A stretch of DNA of 64,000 nucleotides from Epiperipatus broadwayi (Eukaryota > Animalia > Onychophora): NCBI GenBank assembly GCA_028023455.1, contig JAQFVV010000004.1:20088001-20152000 (forward strand). Direction: 5' to 3'. Both the position numbers and the translations under genes were made by a program. Positions 38,271-51,672 of this stretch are shown piece by piece; the first letter of the stretch is position 1; each line of letters begins with the position of its first letter. The notes beneath the pieces were generated by a model. The model saw only the letters and a list, made by a program, of their open reading frames with translations, searched no databases and was not told where the DNA came from.

Positions 38271-39706
38271 CTGCAATGAAATTATAAAAAATATTTAACA
38301 AAATTAATATTGACATAGTAAAATGATATATAAATGTTTATTATTCTTTTTTTTTTTATAGATGTCATTGTTTACATTTAAAGAATAATAAAACCAATAT
38401 TTATCTAGCATAACTTTTTTATTAAAAACTCTGGACAATTATATCTAATTAATATAAGAAAAGTAAAAAAAAGAGTGAAGTCAGAGAAGAGTCTTATTAT
38501 TTATAATTTAAATACAAGTAATTTAATTATTTAAACATTTAAAATTAAATTAATTATTTACTATGTTATCCAACACAACTAAAAAAAAAAATACTTAGAC
38601 TTTTATTCAAACAAAAATTAAGTTGTGCTAAATTATTTTCCTAAGGAGAGACAAGGTATTCTTTGATACTGAGAATTGAGAAGAAAAAAAAAGAAAATAG
38701 TTTTATCAATGTCACATCTAAATTTTTCATGAATATATATATATAATGTTTCTTGTACTAAAATTCCAATTCTGATAAAACTACATAATAAGTAAGAATG
38801 AAATAAGAAATACATAAAATAACGTCTAACATCACAATCTAAAAAAATAAAGAAATAAATGTTCAATAATTCAATCTGCAATCAGTAAACAATTTCCAGC
38901 CACTCTTTTCAGTCCAGCATAAATTCAACTGATTGGAAAATGCAAAACACATACTTCTTGAGTGTTTACCATTGTTTTTCTCTTCTAACACATCTATTCA
39001 AAACAGTCTTCTTGACTCAGCTGTGTTGAATAAGATTCTTACAAAATAAATATATTGTTTGTTAAAAGTTTTGCTTAACTAAATTTATTATCCCTTGTAA
39101 TAATGTGTCTAAAATGTTTGGAAAATCTCACATAAACTATAATCTACAAACTTTTTTTTTCTGATCTCCTAAACTGCAAGACTATTAGTTAGAAAAACCT
39201 TAAAAACATTGCAAATGTAATAGTGATTTTAAAAATGTCCACATTGAATGTTTATTTATATATTTAACAATATATGTTATTTGTATGTGATTAATTTTGT
39301 TAACAAAGTTCTAAGCTCTTTTATGTCCTCTATAGTAGATATTACATTTGTGGAAATCAATCCATCTATTTATTAATAATCTGAAAAATTATTATTATCT
39401 TTTTGTATATAAATTTTTTTTGGAATTAATGGGATAAAATTATACAACGAAAGGAATGTTTCAAGATATCAGGTGAGTTGTATTAAGTAAAGAAAACATG
39501 AATGTAAAATACAATGGGTGACTGAATAGTTAATATAAGTAAAAAGGTATAAGAAAATGATGAAAGTTAAATAATCTACATAAAATATTAAAAGAAAGAT
39601 ATTTTAAATCTTGCCATTTAGCATTTATTACAGATATTTCTGTGCTCATATTTATTTGTTTTCATTTAAAAAGAAAATTGAATTTAAAATAAAAGAATAT
39701 TGTCAA

Positions 39707-39778
39707 GCATTGATGGCCTATTGGTTAGGATAGCTGCCTTCCAAGCAGCTGACCCGAGTTCGCTTCCCGGTCAACGCA
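39707..39778 (+). tRNA. tRNA-Gly(TCC)-derived sequence, probably a pseudogene or SINE head
   Basis: GCATTGATGGCCTATTGGTTAGGATAGCTGCCTTCCAAGCAGCTGACCCGAGTTCGCTTCCCGGTCAACGCA folds as a cloverleaf with anticodon TCC. It has A:C mismatches in the acceptor and T stems, an A58 to C change in the B box, no T4 terminator directly after, and a downstream A-run. Confidence 0.75.
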
Positions 39779-40059
39779 TTTGACATAAGTAAAAAAAAAA
39801 AGAATATTCGATTTGTTACATTTTCATTTACCATTGTCAAACTTCCTCCACTGACAACTTTGACGCCATTCGATTTAAAAAAAATATTTGTTAAAAAAAA
39901 AAAAAAAGTAATAAAACAAAAGCTGAATAGAAAATATTATTTACTAACTTATATCATATCTCTCAGCCTAATTATTGTCCAATAAAAAAATAGCAATCAC
40001 GTGTTTTATCACGTGGTTTATTTGCTGAGTTTTTTTAAAAAGTTCAAGCATCTGAAGTA

Positions 40060-40116
40060 GCAGGAATGGATTCGCAATCCATGGACTTTGAGCTTTAGAG
40101 TCTGCCACTCCCTGCA
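40060..40116 (-). repeat. Short dispersed repeat, possibly a tRNA-derived SINE head (other copies ~44440-44495, ~48380-48440)
   Basis: Shared caatccatggact(t/a)ga..t.tagagt.t.cca.tc motif in three places; the reverse strand loosely resembles A/B boxes. Confidence 0.4.
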
Positions 40117-40332
40117 TTAAAAATGCTAATATATTAATCCAATTTATCATCATTATTGTATTACTAAGCATGGATTTAATTACATTAAATTTATTTAATC
40201 TATAGTTTGCGTGCATAATATTTGAGGATTAAGTTTATAATTTTATTTCATAACAAATCCTGAAAAAAAACCTCATATTTATTTTGTTGTTAAAATTAAG
40301 ATTTTAACTTAAACTATTTTTAATGATTTGGT

Positions 40333-41185
40333 ACTGTGGTATTAGAGCTGCAACATGAAGAATTATAATCGTTTAATCATTAAATTAATTAGGTTATTAA
40401 ATCAAAAACATATTTTAAAATCTCATTTTAAAAAAAAAAACAATTTAACAAAAAAAAAAAAAATACGAAAAGCATTAATGTGAAGAATAGTTAAAATGCG
40501 TGTTTAAATCAAATTGAGTGTGTGTTTGCATGTGCATATTCTATTTTAATACATTGTACAGGCTTACACCTGCATTTATATAAGCGGGAATCGAACTCAG
40601 ACTTTCACACGACCTACAATTCTCAGTGCCATCTTATATTGCTGACTCACCTGATCACACACATGTTGAAAAGATAAATAATCACCAATAGACGTATTTT
40701 GTGCTAAACCAGCACTCATTAAAGTATGAAGATGGGTTATCTTTTAATATAAAGCTGAGTACTAATTGTATATATGTGTGGAGATGGTAATCTGAACCAA
40801 CTGATGAGTGCTGGTTTAGCACGAAATACATATACTAGTGATTATTTATCTTTTCAACATGTGTGTGATCAGGTGAGTCAGCAATATAAGATGGCATTGA
40901 GAGTTGTAGGTCGTGTGAAAGTCTGTGTTCGAATCCCGCATATATTACATATATAAATGCAGGTGTAAGCCCTGTACAATGTATTAAAATAGATTATGCA
41001 GAATATGCACGTGCAAACACACACTCAATTTGATTTAAACACGCATTTTAACTATTCTTCACATTAATGCTTTTCGTATTTTTTTTTTTTAATGTAGATT
41101 TTAAAATATGTTTTTGATTTAATAACCTATTAATTTAATGATTAAACGATTATAATTCTTCACGTGGAAGCTCTAATACCACAGT
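40333..41185. repeat. Inverted duplication (about 385-bp arms, 84-bp spacer)
   Basis: 40333-40719 is the reverse complement of 40804-41185, with scattered mismatches and indels. The core belongs to a dispersed repeat also seen at 25545-25755. Confidence 0.9.
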
Positions 41186-41461
41186 AACATTGATTTTAAC
41201 CAATGTATATGTTTTTCGTTGTTAATATACAGATTAGGATGTTATTTCAACTAGATAGTTTGAATGACATCAGTCAGTTCCATTGCCTTTACTTTTCAAA
41301 AATTATCACTATCATCATCCTTGCCTCCTACTTCCCGTTATCTTTAGAAATAAAAGTATTTCCATTTCTTAAAATTTGTAGTTATTTGCTTAAATGTTAA
41401 AAATAAGTCAATAATTATACATACAATTTTCTTCTTCCTCCTTTTCTTATGTATTGATTTC

Positions 41462-41719
41462 TATATTTACATATAACATTTCCAACCTTTTTATACACTT
41501 AACAATACTATTTTTTATACCAAAACTTTACTCTTGCAGTTTCGATTGTCCTATATATAAATAAGTGTATAAAATGTATTAAGTGTTTGATTATATATTT
41601 GGATATTGTAGCTCTAATGATGACTGCAGGACAGTAGAAACTGTAGGAGTAAAGTTTTGGTTTAAAAAATAGTATTGTTAAGTGTATAGTAAGGGTGGAA
41701 ATGGTATGATATATAAATA
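41462..41719. mobile_element. MITE-like element with about 90-bp TIRs
   Basis: atttccaacc...tatacacttaacaatactatttttt..accaaaactttactc is inverted at 41630-41719. Confidence 0.7.
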
Positions 41720-42772
41720 ATTATATATATTATGATGCTTATGCACCAAAAGCATATTTGGTCTATTTAATTTGTTTTGTTCTCTGTTATAGTGTATTTA
41801 CATTAATACCTATCTAAGAGTCTTAAGCATTATTAGCTTTATATATAGATAGCTGAAATTGTTTTACTTTTTTTAAAATTTATATATTTCTTACTATCCT
41901 CGTTCATTTCTTTCTATTTTCTTACTTAGTTATAATTCATCTATTATTAATAAATAAACAATCATTATACACCTGAGTCTCGATTTATGCAGTAGATAAG
42001 TTCCTCAGAAAACATACACAAAAGAAATCGCACAAAAATAGACTTAACTTATCTTGAAAAATGGGGGATACATACTGTAATTTTCCAAAAATCACATAAA
42101 AGCAAAGCAACAATGTAAAATTACTTTAAAATTCGCATAAAAAAAAATAAGAAAATAAAATATGACTAATAAAAAATTTCAAATTTGAAAAAAAATTGAT
42201 ACAAGACAAACTTTTTTTACTTTTTTTAGTAACTACAGTATTTAATTTTATTCAAAACAATATATTTTTATGTGTAATTTACATTTTTTTCATACATGCA
42301 CGGTATTTTAATTATTATCGCTATTTGAGACATCAGATTCGACATGATGTGATGTGAGGTACTGTAGCTTCTCCTAAACGAAGTCAAGAGGAAATACAAC
42401 TAAAATGTTTTCCAATCGCTATTGATCCTTCCTATTTCGCTAAGCGATCTAAAACTGAAATTTTTGTTTCCAAAGAAATTCATTTTCTTGGGTTTTTTTT
42501 CTCTCCGTTAGAATAAACTAAAAGTTTAAATAAAAATAAGAACTTAGACTTATGATAATAAAAAGACACAGTCTCACTACTGTTGGGCAAAATTTAATTA
42601 AAACTAACAATTAAAAATTAAATTCTTATTTTTGTCTTTAATTTTTTAATTTTCAATTCCATTTAAAAATCACCTCGTTACGTAATTTTTAAATTGTTAA
42701 TTACAATTAAAAATCAGATTTTAATTGCCAAATTTAATTGTGCCCACCGCTGTTACTCACCTTTAAAAATAA

Positions 42773-43067
42773 ACTTGCAGACACTAAATGATTAATTGAT
42801 TACGTACTCATTTTATAAAAAGCAAAACGTGATTTAAAATGCAAAAACAACAACATACATCGTATAGGCATCTATAATGTTTGAACAGATTTACATTATA
42901 ATCTTGTAAAATTTATTACTTGCAGACACTAAATGATTAATTAATTATGCACTCTTTTTATAAAAAGCAAAAATAGAATGTGATTTAAAATGCAAAAACA
43001 ATAACAAACATAGTATTTTTCATCTATAACGTTTGAACAGATTTACATTATAGTCTTGTAAAATTTA
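42773..43067. repeat. About 145-bp tandem duplication
   Basis: acttgcagacactaaatgattaatt... at 42773 and 42918. Confidence 0.9.
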
Positions 43068-43170
43068 ATGTGTGTATATAAAATGGGGAAATTCTGATTT
43101 TAAGTGAATTATGAACTTCTTTATTACATAAAATCTATTACAGAACTATTATAAAGCGCTGAAAATATTG

Positions 43171-43295
43171 AAATTATTAGATGGAAGTCAACTCCGATAA
43201 TGCGCTATTACTTTAAATATGATGTGAGCGCGCAAAATTTATAATATTTAAAGTAATACCGCATTATCAGAGCTCGACTTCTGATCTAATAATTT
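43171..43295. repeat. Hairpin/palindrome (about 50-bp arms)
   Basis: aaattattagatggaagtc...attactttaaatat versus atatttaaagtaat...gacttctgatctaataattt. Confidence 0.8.
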
Positions 43296-43559
43296 TTATC
43301 ACATAAAAGAAAACTGCATACAAAGAAGAATCATGAATCGCATAACTTCAAAATCACATTAAATAAATCCGCATAAAACGAGACCTGGGTGTATTTAATA
43401 TATAAGTAGAAGTAAATCAATAAACATTAATAAGATTACTATTACATACTGTTAAGCCAGTGAAAAAGTGATTAGTTTCTTTTTCAAACTGCTTACAGTG
43501 GCATATTTGAATCAATACAAGTGTTATAGTTTATCTATTTACATAAAATTTTTTAAACT

Positions 43560-43975
43560 CTTAGCATGTCTAGATCATGAGTTAGAAGATGTGGAATAGG
43601 GAAATTTGCTTTGTACCTTCATAGATCACTTTTAGAGCTCTTGCTGCAATCATGAAATCTTGAAAACTACTTAAAAACATTCTTGTAGCTCATGACTTCA
43701 TTAGTCTGAATCATTGTAAACATTTTAATAGCAGTTTTTTCCAATTTAAAATAAAATTTAATGTTAGCATGTTATTCCAGTGTGAGCTAGGGTACAGGCA
43801 GACTGTCACATTACATGTGTAACTTATAGTCTAGAAATGCTAACATTTAAAATTTGTTGTTGTCCATTAGCTAAATTATATTACTACATGGAATATATGT
43901 TGATTCAAAGATGGCACTGTAAGTATCTTTAATAAAATCAGTTACTGATCACCTTTTCTTTGGGACACCCTTTAT
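43560..43975 (-). mobile_element. Mariner/Tc1 5' remnant
   Basis: TIR-like ta-aagggtgtccca at ~43960-43975. Broken frame KTAIKMFTMIQTNEVMSYKNVFK*FSRF resembles the mariner N-terminal HTH. Confidence 0.5.
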
Positions 43976-44059
43976 ATGTAGAAAGTATTTTTTAAAATAA
44001 TGATCTGCCACATAATTGGTTTTATATATTTATTATTGTGTTGATGCAAATCCAATCCA

Positions 44060-44330
44060 TCTAAATGTCATCCTTTCTCTTCTTCTTTTACCATCAATTC
44101 TTCCTGAACATTTCTTTTTTTAACAAATTAGATCATCTCCTAATATTCTCTAAGATATATTCAAAGAACTTTTCAAACAAACGTTTGTCTAATCTTATCA
44201 AATGTTCATTTAATGATTTTTTTTTGTTGCTGTTTTCATGCACACATCTTCAATTTTCAACCTTCATGTATTATCAAGAGTTACAGGAAATATAAAAATT
44301 TGACCACTTCAGATCTTATTTAAAGATGCA
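44060..44330 (-). mobile_element. RTE-like LINE 3' fragment
   Basis: Reverse strand reads as a remnant of the ...GxIDGKRRRGR... C-terminal motif. A similar fragment lies at ~46080-46330. Confidence 0.4.
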
Positions 44331-45049
44331 TCCCTGCATTTAAAGATCTATTTTAAACTTTTCATTGCCTATTCTATCCAATGTTAAAAATTAAAGAAAT
44401 GATTAAATGGTTTTCATGCACCAGAAATAACAAAACTGATCTACAATCTATGGACTTTGAGTTCTATAGTCTACCATTCTAACATTGCACAAAAGTATGC
44501 AGGGCTGAAGTTTTAATAATCTACAATAAATTTTTTGATTACCAAATTTTTTTGATATTAATGAATAATTCAAAAAAGAAACACTATCAATGACTATTTG
44601 AAATCAGCTGTCATCTTTGTCATAAGTTTTATTATTTTTTTAAATATTTGGTGCAAAATCCAATTTTTTATTCTGTTCATTAATTTTCTTGATACATACA
44701 TTTACATCTTCTGCATTTTTGAATTAAAACAGACTACCATCAGTGCATTTTAGATAACTGATAGTTTCTTTAACTGATACTGAAAGTGCATTATCTAATC
44801 AGGCTGTTTCTATTATATTTTCTATACATAAATTGAATATGTGCTATAATAATATTTAGGCCTATCTAATTACTTCCCAGTATAAAACCAATCTATTATG
44901 TTATCAACAATAACATCACAGGATCCACTTTAACAAGCTAGATCCATTAATTTTTAGCTGATGGTTAAAGCTATGTTTGAACTAGAGATAATGTCTAGTT
45001 TAATAAATAATTACTAATAATCATCAATGGATTGATCTGGAATGATTAA

Positions 45050-45233
45050 TATAAAAATTGTGCCCCCCCCACCCACCACACAACACCAACCACCCCCCCC
45101 AACACAACAACACCACAAAAACAAAAACAAACCCCCCCAAACCGCCCCCCCCCCCCCCCCACCCCCACCCCCCACCCCCCCCCCCCCTGCGGAGTCCCCT
45201 CTGAAACTGGCGAATCCACCCCCCCCCCCCCAC

Positions 45234-45267
<34 letters not shown>

Positions 45268-45740
45268 CCCCTTCTCTCCACCCAAAAAACAAAAAAAAAA
45301 AAAAAAAAAACATTAATAATTTCACCCACCCTAATCAACCCCCCCCCCCCCCAAAAAAAAAAGGGGGGAAAGGGGAAAAAGAGCCAAAGACACCAAAAAG
45401 AAGGGAAATGGAATTGGTACCGACCCCGATTAAAGTAAAAATTATTTAGATGGGGATTAAAAATATAAAAATTTATTTGAATTTTATTTTAATATTTTTG
45501 TTGTTAATTAAATTGAAAAGGAGGGTGGAGAGGGGAGAATGAGGTTCCATAAAATGTGGTATCTGGTGTCAGGCCCCACGGCCCACCGCAAAGAAGAAGA
45601 AAAGCCACAAACCAGTAGGGGGGGGGGGGAGGGGGGAGGAGAAAGAGTGAGATTTGGACCCCAAACCTGGGACCATCGATTGATTGTTTTTTTGTTGCAA
45701 AAAAAAACTACCACAGGGAGGGGGTGGTTTTTTTTTTGGT
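45050..45740. other. Homopolymer-rich low-complexity block (poly-C, poly-A, poly-G), possibly low-quality sequence
   Basis: Runs of 10-30 C, A or G in a mosaic unlike the rest of the window. Confidence 0.7.
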
Positions 45741-48700
45741 ATTTTTTATTAAAATTGTGGTTGCAGAAAATTTGAAACTTGTAAAATCAAATTGTAAAGA
45801 TTATCTTATGACATAATTTTTGATTTTTGCATTTCTAAAAAATATATATTTTCAATAGATAGGAAAGGATACAACAAAAAAAACTTCTACTATATGGAAA
45901 AAACTTATTTCTAAAAATTTATTAACATAGTTCAATTTACATACTTTACTTTCACTATAAACACAAACAAAAAAAATTATAATGTATAATAATATCACTT
46001 ATATATGACTATTCACTTAACTAACAGTATGACATTTCACCATTATTAGTCTTTTGAAATTCAGTTACCAAAAGCCCTCTTCTCCAGTGCTTTCTAATCC
46101 TTGACCTATCTTTTAAACAGTCTTAGAAATCCTTCTCTTTAATGTTATCTATTAAGCTGTTTCTCTTTTTTTGCATTTCCATAACTCCATTAAACATATC
46201 AAAATTATCACATCTCTAAAAATGTCAATTCAATTTCTTTTCTGGTTTTTATGTTTTTTATTAAAATATTTTCATTCATTATTTTCAACATTTTTGTTAT
46301 GTATTTTGAGAAATCAAATAAAGATGATTTCAACACAAAAATTTTATATAATAATATGAGAAATAAGACAATAAAAAATATAGATCAATATATTGTAAGA
46401 TATTAAAAATATATAAATTACACATGTATATCCTTTAGTTCAAAAGTTTACAAAAAAACAATAATCAAGTTTCAAGTGAATTGTAATATTTATTTAAAAA
46501 AAGAGCAGATCTCTGAGAGATTCTGAAATTTGCTAGAGTTTATGCTTTATATCTATATCATAAAAAAATACTGAAGTTATATGTTTGTAAGCATAGAATT
46601 TCCTACTAGTGGGTCATTTTCAACCTAACCCATAACGAATCAGTAAAATACATTAGATTACACCAAAAATCCTCACATTTTACTCAATGCTTCATTAACT
46701 ATTCTGCCCTGCTCAGATCAAGCACATGCAACATAAATATGTACTTTAATTATGTTAGACACTAATTTATATTAATATTTTATTTATTTTAAGAAATTAT
46801 AATCTGATTGTTGATAACTAAGTACAAATTGAAATAGTGTTAAGTGTGTATATATATATTAACAATGCATCTCATAATATAAAATTTTTATATTGAATTG
46901 TCAATGCTAGAAGCTATAATTATTCTTATTAATAGTTGCATAAAACTTTATCAAATTAAGTTGTGAAAATAGTGCAAAAATCTCGAAAGAGTTTTCAATT
47001 AAATATTTAAAAATTTAATAGGCAAAGGAACTATTCTTTTGATAAAACAAGTCTGTATATTCCTGCAATTATAATTAATTACATACATTGTTCACTAACT
47101 TTCTCAGTCATAACATAAAGTATAAATTTATTTCATGGGGAACACTGCGCATGACAATTATTTTTTCTTCGAAAAACATTATAGAACCAATAAATGTGTT
47201 TTTCAAAGAATCACTTAACATATATAGGTAAAGGATAAAATAGCATTTAAATATCTTGCTATAGGTAAGCTCAACAACACTTGTTCTTAAAAAAAACAAA
47301 CAGTGAGTATACTTTATAATTTCTGGATGATGAAGATTTGAGCAGTTATCCATCCTTTGTTTCACTCGCTAGCTAAGAGTGACTAGAAACCAATTTACTG
47401 ATCAAATATTGACTGATTAGCTCTAGCATAGTTACTCTGAAAGAAAAATCATAAGCCTAAAAAATTGTAAAAGTTTATTTATTTGGCCCAAATTTCAAAT
47501 CTATGCCATTCATTTGCAGAGAATACAGACATGTGTTCATTGTACCATGAGACTTTGATAACATATATGTACAGTATATTAACTTCATTCACAAATTTCA
47601 ATTGATTAAAAGTACTCACGAAAATAGATTAATTTGTACATAAGTAGTATACTTTTTTTTTTACTATTTTGAATTTTAAAAAAAAGTGTTTTATTATCAT
47701 TTCACAAAATGAATAAAAATAAATAAATTATAATATATTAACTATAATGCCTTAAATGTCTTTCCTTATTTAAAATTAATAGCAATATTATTTAATATGC
47801 ATTATATTATGCAATCATTCTTTCACCATATAAATGTTTTTATTAAATATACTTAAAACTTCCATTCTTCTACGCATTTTTGAAACATATGAACAAAGAC
47901 AAATGATCCCCAAAATGCAAGTGAAGCAGCTAAAAATAATCTCTAGTTTAATAAATGATTACTAATAATCATTAATGTATTTATCCCTGGTGGTTAAAGT
48001 CAAAATTACGAGAGCAGAAAGTTTGACACTCGCTTGTAAATCAAGGTATAATAAATGTTTTTTAAGTAACAATCAGTCTAGTAGTAAAATGACATTATAT
48101 GCATGAATAAGTAATAATTTTTAAAGCAAAATAAATTGAACGCTCTTTTTTAGCATAAAAGTATATAATTTTATCTTGTATATATATATGTAATACTGGA
48201 ATTTGACTAGTCTTCTTCCTTGTTTTCTTTGTAGAAATTGGATAAAATGATCTCCTTTTAATGAACTATTTTTTTCTGTTTATTTAATGGATGAAAGTTA
48301 GTATAAATGGATGCTACAAAAACTAATTGAATGGTTTTTTCCTTGACTTCAAAAGAAGATTGAGAAATAAAAATGATGGAACACAGTTGCAATCCATGGA
48401 CTAGATCTAGAGTTTACTATTCTACCACTACACTAAACCATATAGAGTAAAACTGTGCTATAGTATAGCAATTAAAAACATTGTAAACTTGCTTTTATGA
48501 TTTTTGCTTTTTCAAAAACTAGTGATTTATTCACCTCATTTATTTTTTCTTCTCCAACCACTGTCTACAAAGTAGCATTAATACCATAACTAATTCTTTT
48601 ATAAATAAGATCTATATAATTTCTGTTTTTTATAAAGATAGTTTCAATGCTTTGACATTCCTAAGCTTTTCTATTTATTTGCTTTCTTTATTTAATTATC

Positions 48701-50122
48701 CTTTATTGTACAATGTATATATGATAAGTTCTCTATAATTTGGATAATTAAACATCAAAGGACAATACTTATTCATCATTGGTAGTAGTTTCCTATATTA
48801 TGGCATCTATTTAATTTATTCTGTAAAACTCAAATTTAGATTTACATCATAAAATAATGAAATCTCTTATGTTGTTAGAATTGAATACTTGTGGCAAAAA
48901 CCCCATCCCTTCAGATTTTAAGAAATCATATTATTTCTTTTTATTTAATTTATTAATGGCTCACATTAATAAATGAATATTGGCAATGATTTTTCTATAG
49001 TTTTTTTATTTTTTGTTGTAAAAATATATATTCATAATCTTAATAAAATGTCTGTCAACTTATCTCAACATTTTCTAATCAATGTCTTCTTTAAGATCTT
49101 AATAGCTCTTTTATTCTTTTAATATCTCATTTTACATTGTTATAGTGAAAGTAAAAGCTAAGTAAAATAGCCTTTACATAGCCAAATATAGAACAATGGT
49201 TTCTTCATAAATCCTCCAAAGAGGAACAGCAAAAATGGCATTACTAAGTAAATTATTCAAATTTAGAATGGCAAGAGATTTAATATTTTTTACTTGGTTT
49301 ATCCCACTTCTAAGATTAATTAAGTATTCATTTGCATTAAAAATAATTTATTTTATTTGCTTTATTCCAGAGCCATATGTGTGAATTTAAAAATCAACAG
49401 ACCCTAAATGGTAGTGACATCAGTAAATCATAGAGTAGTTTTTGGCTATTGACTTTCATCAATAAGGAATTTTGAATTGCTTCTAGTGTAGATATTTAAA
49501 GTGAGAGAGTCAGCTGATGCATTATTTGATTAGATACCCGTTTTTAATCAGTAGTTGAATCACTTGCTTGGTTGGTTATGAGGAAGCTATGTGAAAAATA
49601 TACCAAGCTTCCTTAAAAATCTGAAAAAATTTACTAGGCCAAATTCATTAACTACTATGCCATGTTATTTTACGTTTTAATAAACAATATTTTTTCAGAA
49701 GTTAATGGTTTAATATTTTTGCATTTTATTTTTGCTGTAAAAGCTATCTATCAATATGTATATAATATGCATTTCTACAAAACAATTTTACCATATATAT
49801 TTAATTTTTCTATTACGTGAATTTTTTATATTTTTTAAAATAAATTTACCTTTGGTAGTTTAGAATTTATTTTTTCAATTTCACTGATAATCTTGATTTT
49901 AACTGGAGACATTTTTTATTTTTTTAAAATTACCATTCACATTTTCAGATGATCAGATTTCTCTTAAAGTTTCCACCTGTTACATTTTTTTTGAAGATTC
50001 AGTCAATTACTCTTTTATATATTTTTTTCTCTTTCAATTTTTAGCTTTAATTCACAATACTATTTTGTTATTATGTAAACATATATCTACTCTGTGGATG
50101 AGTATATATATATTACATCCAA

Positions 50123-50305
50123 CTCTCAACATTTTGGCTTTGATGGTCTTACTTTCTGTAAACATATGAATTGTTTTTAAGCCAGATGATCATGAATTAT
50201 TTAACTTTATAAAGTTAATCTAGTGTATCTCAATGTTGGTATTGATGGTTTTACTTTCTATAAACATATGAATTGTTTTTAAACCAAGTGATCATAGATT
50301 TTACA
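50123..50305. repeat. About 104-bp tandem duplication
   Basis: ttgatggt.ttactttct.taaacatatgaattgtttttaa occurs twice. Confidence 0.8.
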
Positions 50306-50403
50306 ACATTTTAAAATATATTATTATCTAGCCTTATTCACATGGAATTTTTAAATCAAGTAGTATCCATTACAATATTTTTAATTTTTTTATTTATTTA
50401 CTT

Positions 50404-50511
50404 ACTCAAAAATCTTTGGAAATTATAAATAGTTGCATGCGACCATTTTATGTTTTTATTTCAAAAACATGGTCTCATGCAACTATTTACAATTTCCAAA
50501 GATTTTTGAGT
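50404..50511. repeat. Hairpin/palindrome (about 43-bp arms)
   Basis: actcaaaaatctttggaaattataaatagttgcatgcgaccat / atggtctcatgcaactatttacaatttccaaagatttttgagt. Confidence 0.85.
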
Positions 50512-51299
50512 CAATTTTCTGTTAAGGAAAGTAACAAAAAGATCTAAATTTGGTCCAATTGAATTGTTATGCCATATTTTCCTTTTGATGCTTGAATTTA
50601 ATGTGTCTTAATATTATTGTGGACTAATGGTGTACTCCAGATTTGATATGAAAAACATTATGTTAAGATGGGGTGGAAGCAATGATGAATTACTATCAGT
50701 GATCAAATATTATAATATACATTGCCTAGTTATCCCAATATGTCTTTAAGTAAAAACTTAACGTGCATACAATATTTTATGTCAAAAATTTTAAATAAGC
50801 TATCCTTGCATAAATATCAATTAATTCACAACACAGATTATTTTTTTCCCCAATTTTAAGTGCATATAGTATTTATTCATAGGAAATACATTATGCATAA
50901 AAACTAGTATTCTAAATAGTTCTATCAAATTCGTTTTTTTCATTCAAAAGTAATATTTAGAATAATTTTCTTTATCATAATTTCAGTTCTCTTCTAGCTA
51001 CATCTAAAGTGAGAAGATAATAGTGATGCTCTGTTAATTAATGAACTTTTAAACAATAGTTATTATTTATTAATTTTTTTATCAATCTCCCATTTCTTAG
51101 ATATGACTAAGCTTAGATAACATACATTAAATATTTTCACAATTAAAGGTCTTTTCTGTAAAGAATTATATATATATTAAAATGAAAATGGCTCCTTGGT
51201 ATCATATCAGTAGTATAATATAAATTAGATCATTGTTAAAATCCAACTTAAATAGATATGTAAATTGATTATATGATGGAATACTTAGCAAAAGAAAGA

Positions 51300-51672
51300 T
51301 TAAAATAAACATAAAGGCTCATTGATACATGTATTGATACAAGCAATTAAAGCGGGAGTTTTTGCTGATATTAGAAGTGCCACTTTTTTAATATATAGTT
51401 TATGGCTAACTCGATGTGATATTATCTTTAATTCTAATTGTACAGATCCTCTGAAGATTATAATTAGAAAAATCAGAACGATAAAAGAAAGAGACAAAAG
51501 AATATCATCACAAGATTTATTTAATAGCACATGGGATCTTATTGACATTTGAAGACCAGTTTCTACCTATAGAACTTTAATTTGCATATTGTTTTTATTA
51601 TACAATATTATGTATTTATTTATTTATTTTCTGGTTTAATAAAGTTTGTTTTTGATAATAAAAAAAAAGAAA
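51300..51672 (+). mobile_element. Short L1/Tx1-like LINE 3' end
   Basis: IYSLWLTRCDIIFN resembles the WxxWxxRNxxIF C-terminal motif. Followed by tttaataaagttt and poly(A) at ~51658-51672. Confidence 0.5.

Noticed and set aside
38890-39010. THAP-like VCxLHF word on the minus strand
   Set aside because: Single short motif among stop codons; insufficient.
45014-45775. Poly-Pro and poly-Gly ORFs (formin/extensin-like appearance)
   Set aside because: Produced by homopolymer runs open in many frames on both strands; no splice or domain support.
47313-47368. Possible upstream VKR exon RVKQRMDNCSNLHHPEIIK (phase and LH-to-TDF spacing would fit)
   Set aside because: Weak donor (gtatac). The strong acceptor at ~47437 gives stops in this frame, and the expected AYDAxW motif is absent. 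Probably chance; RNA-seq would settle it.
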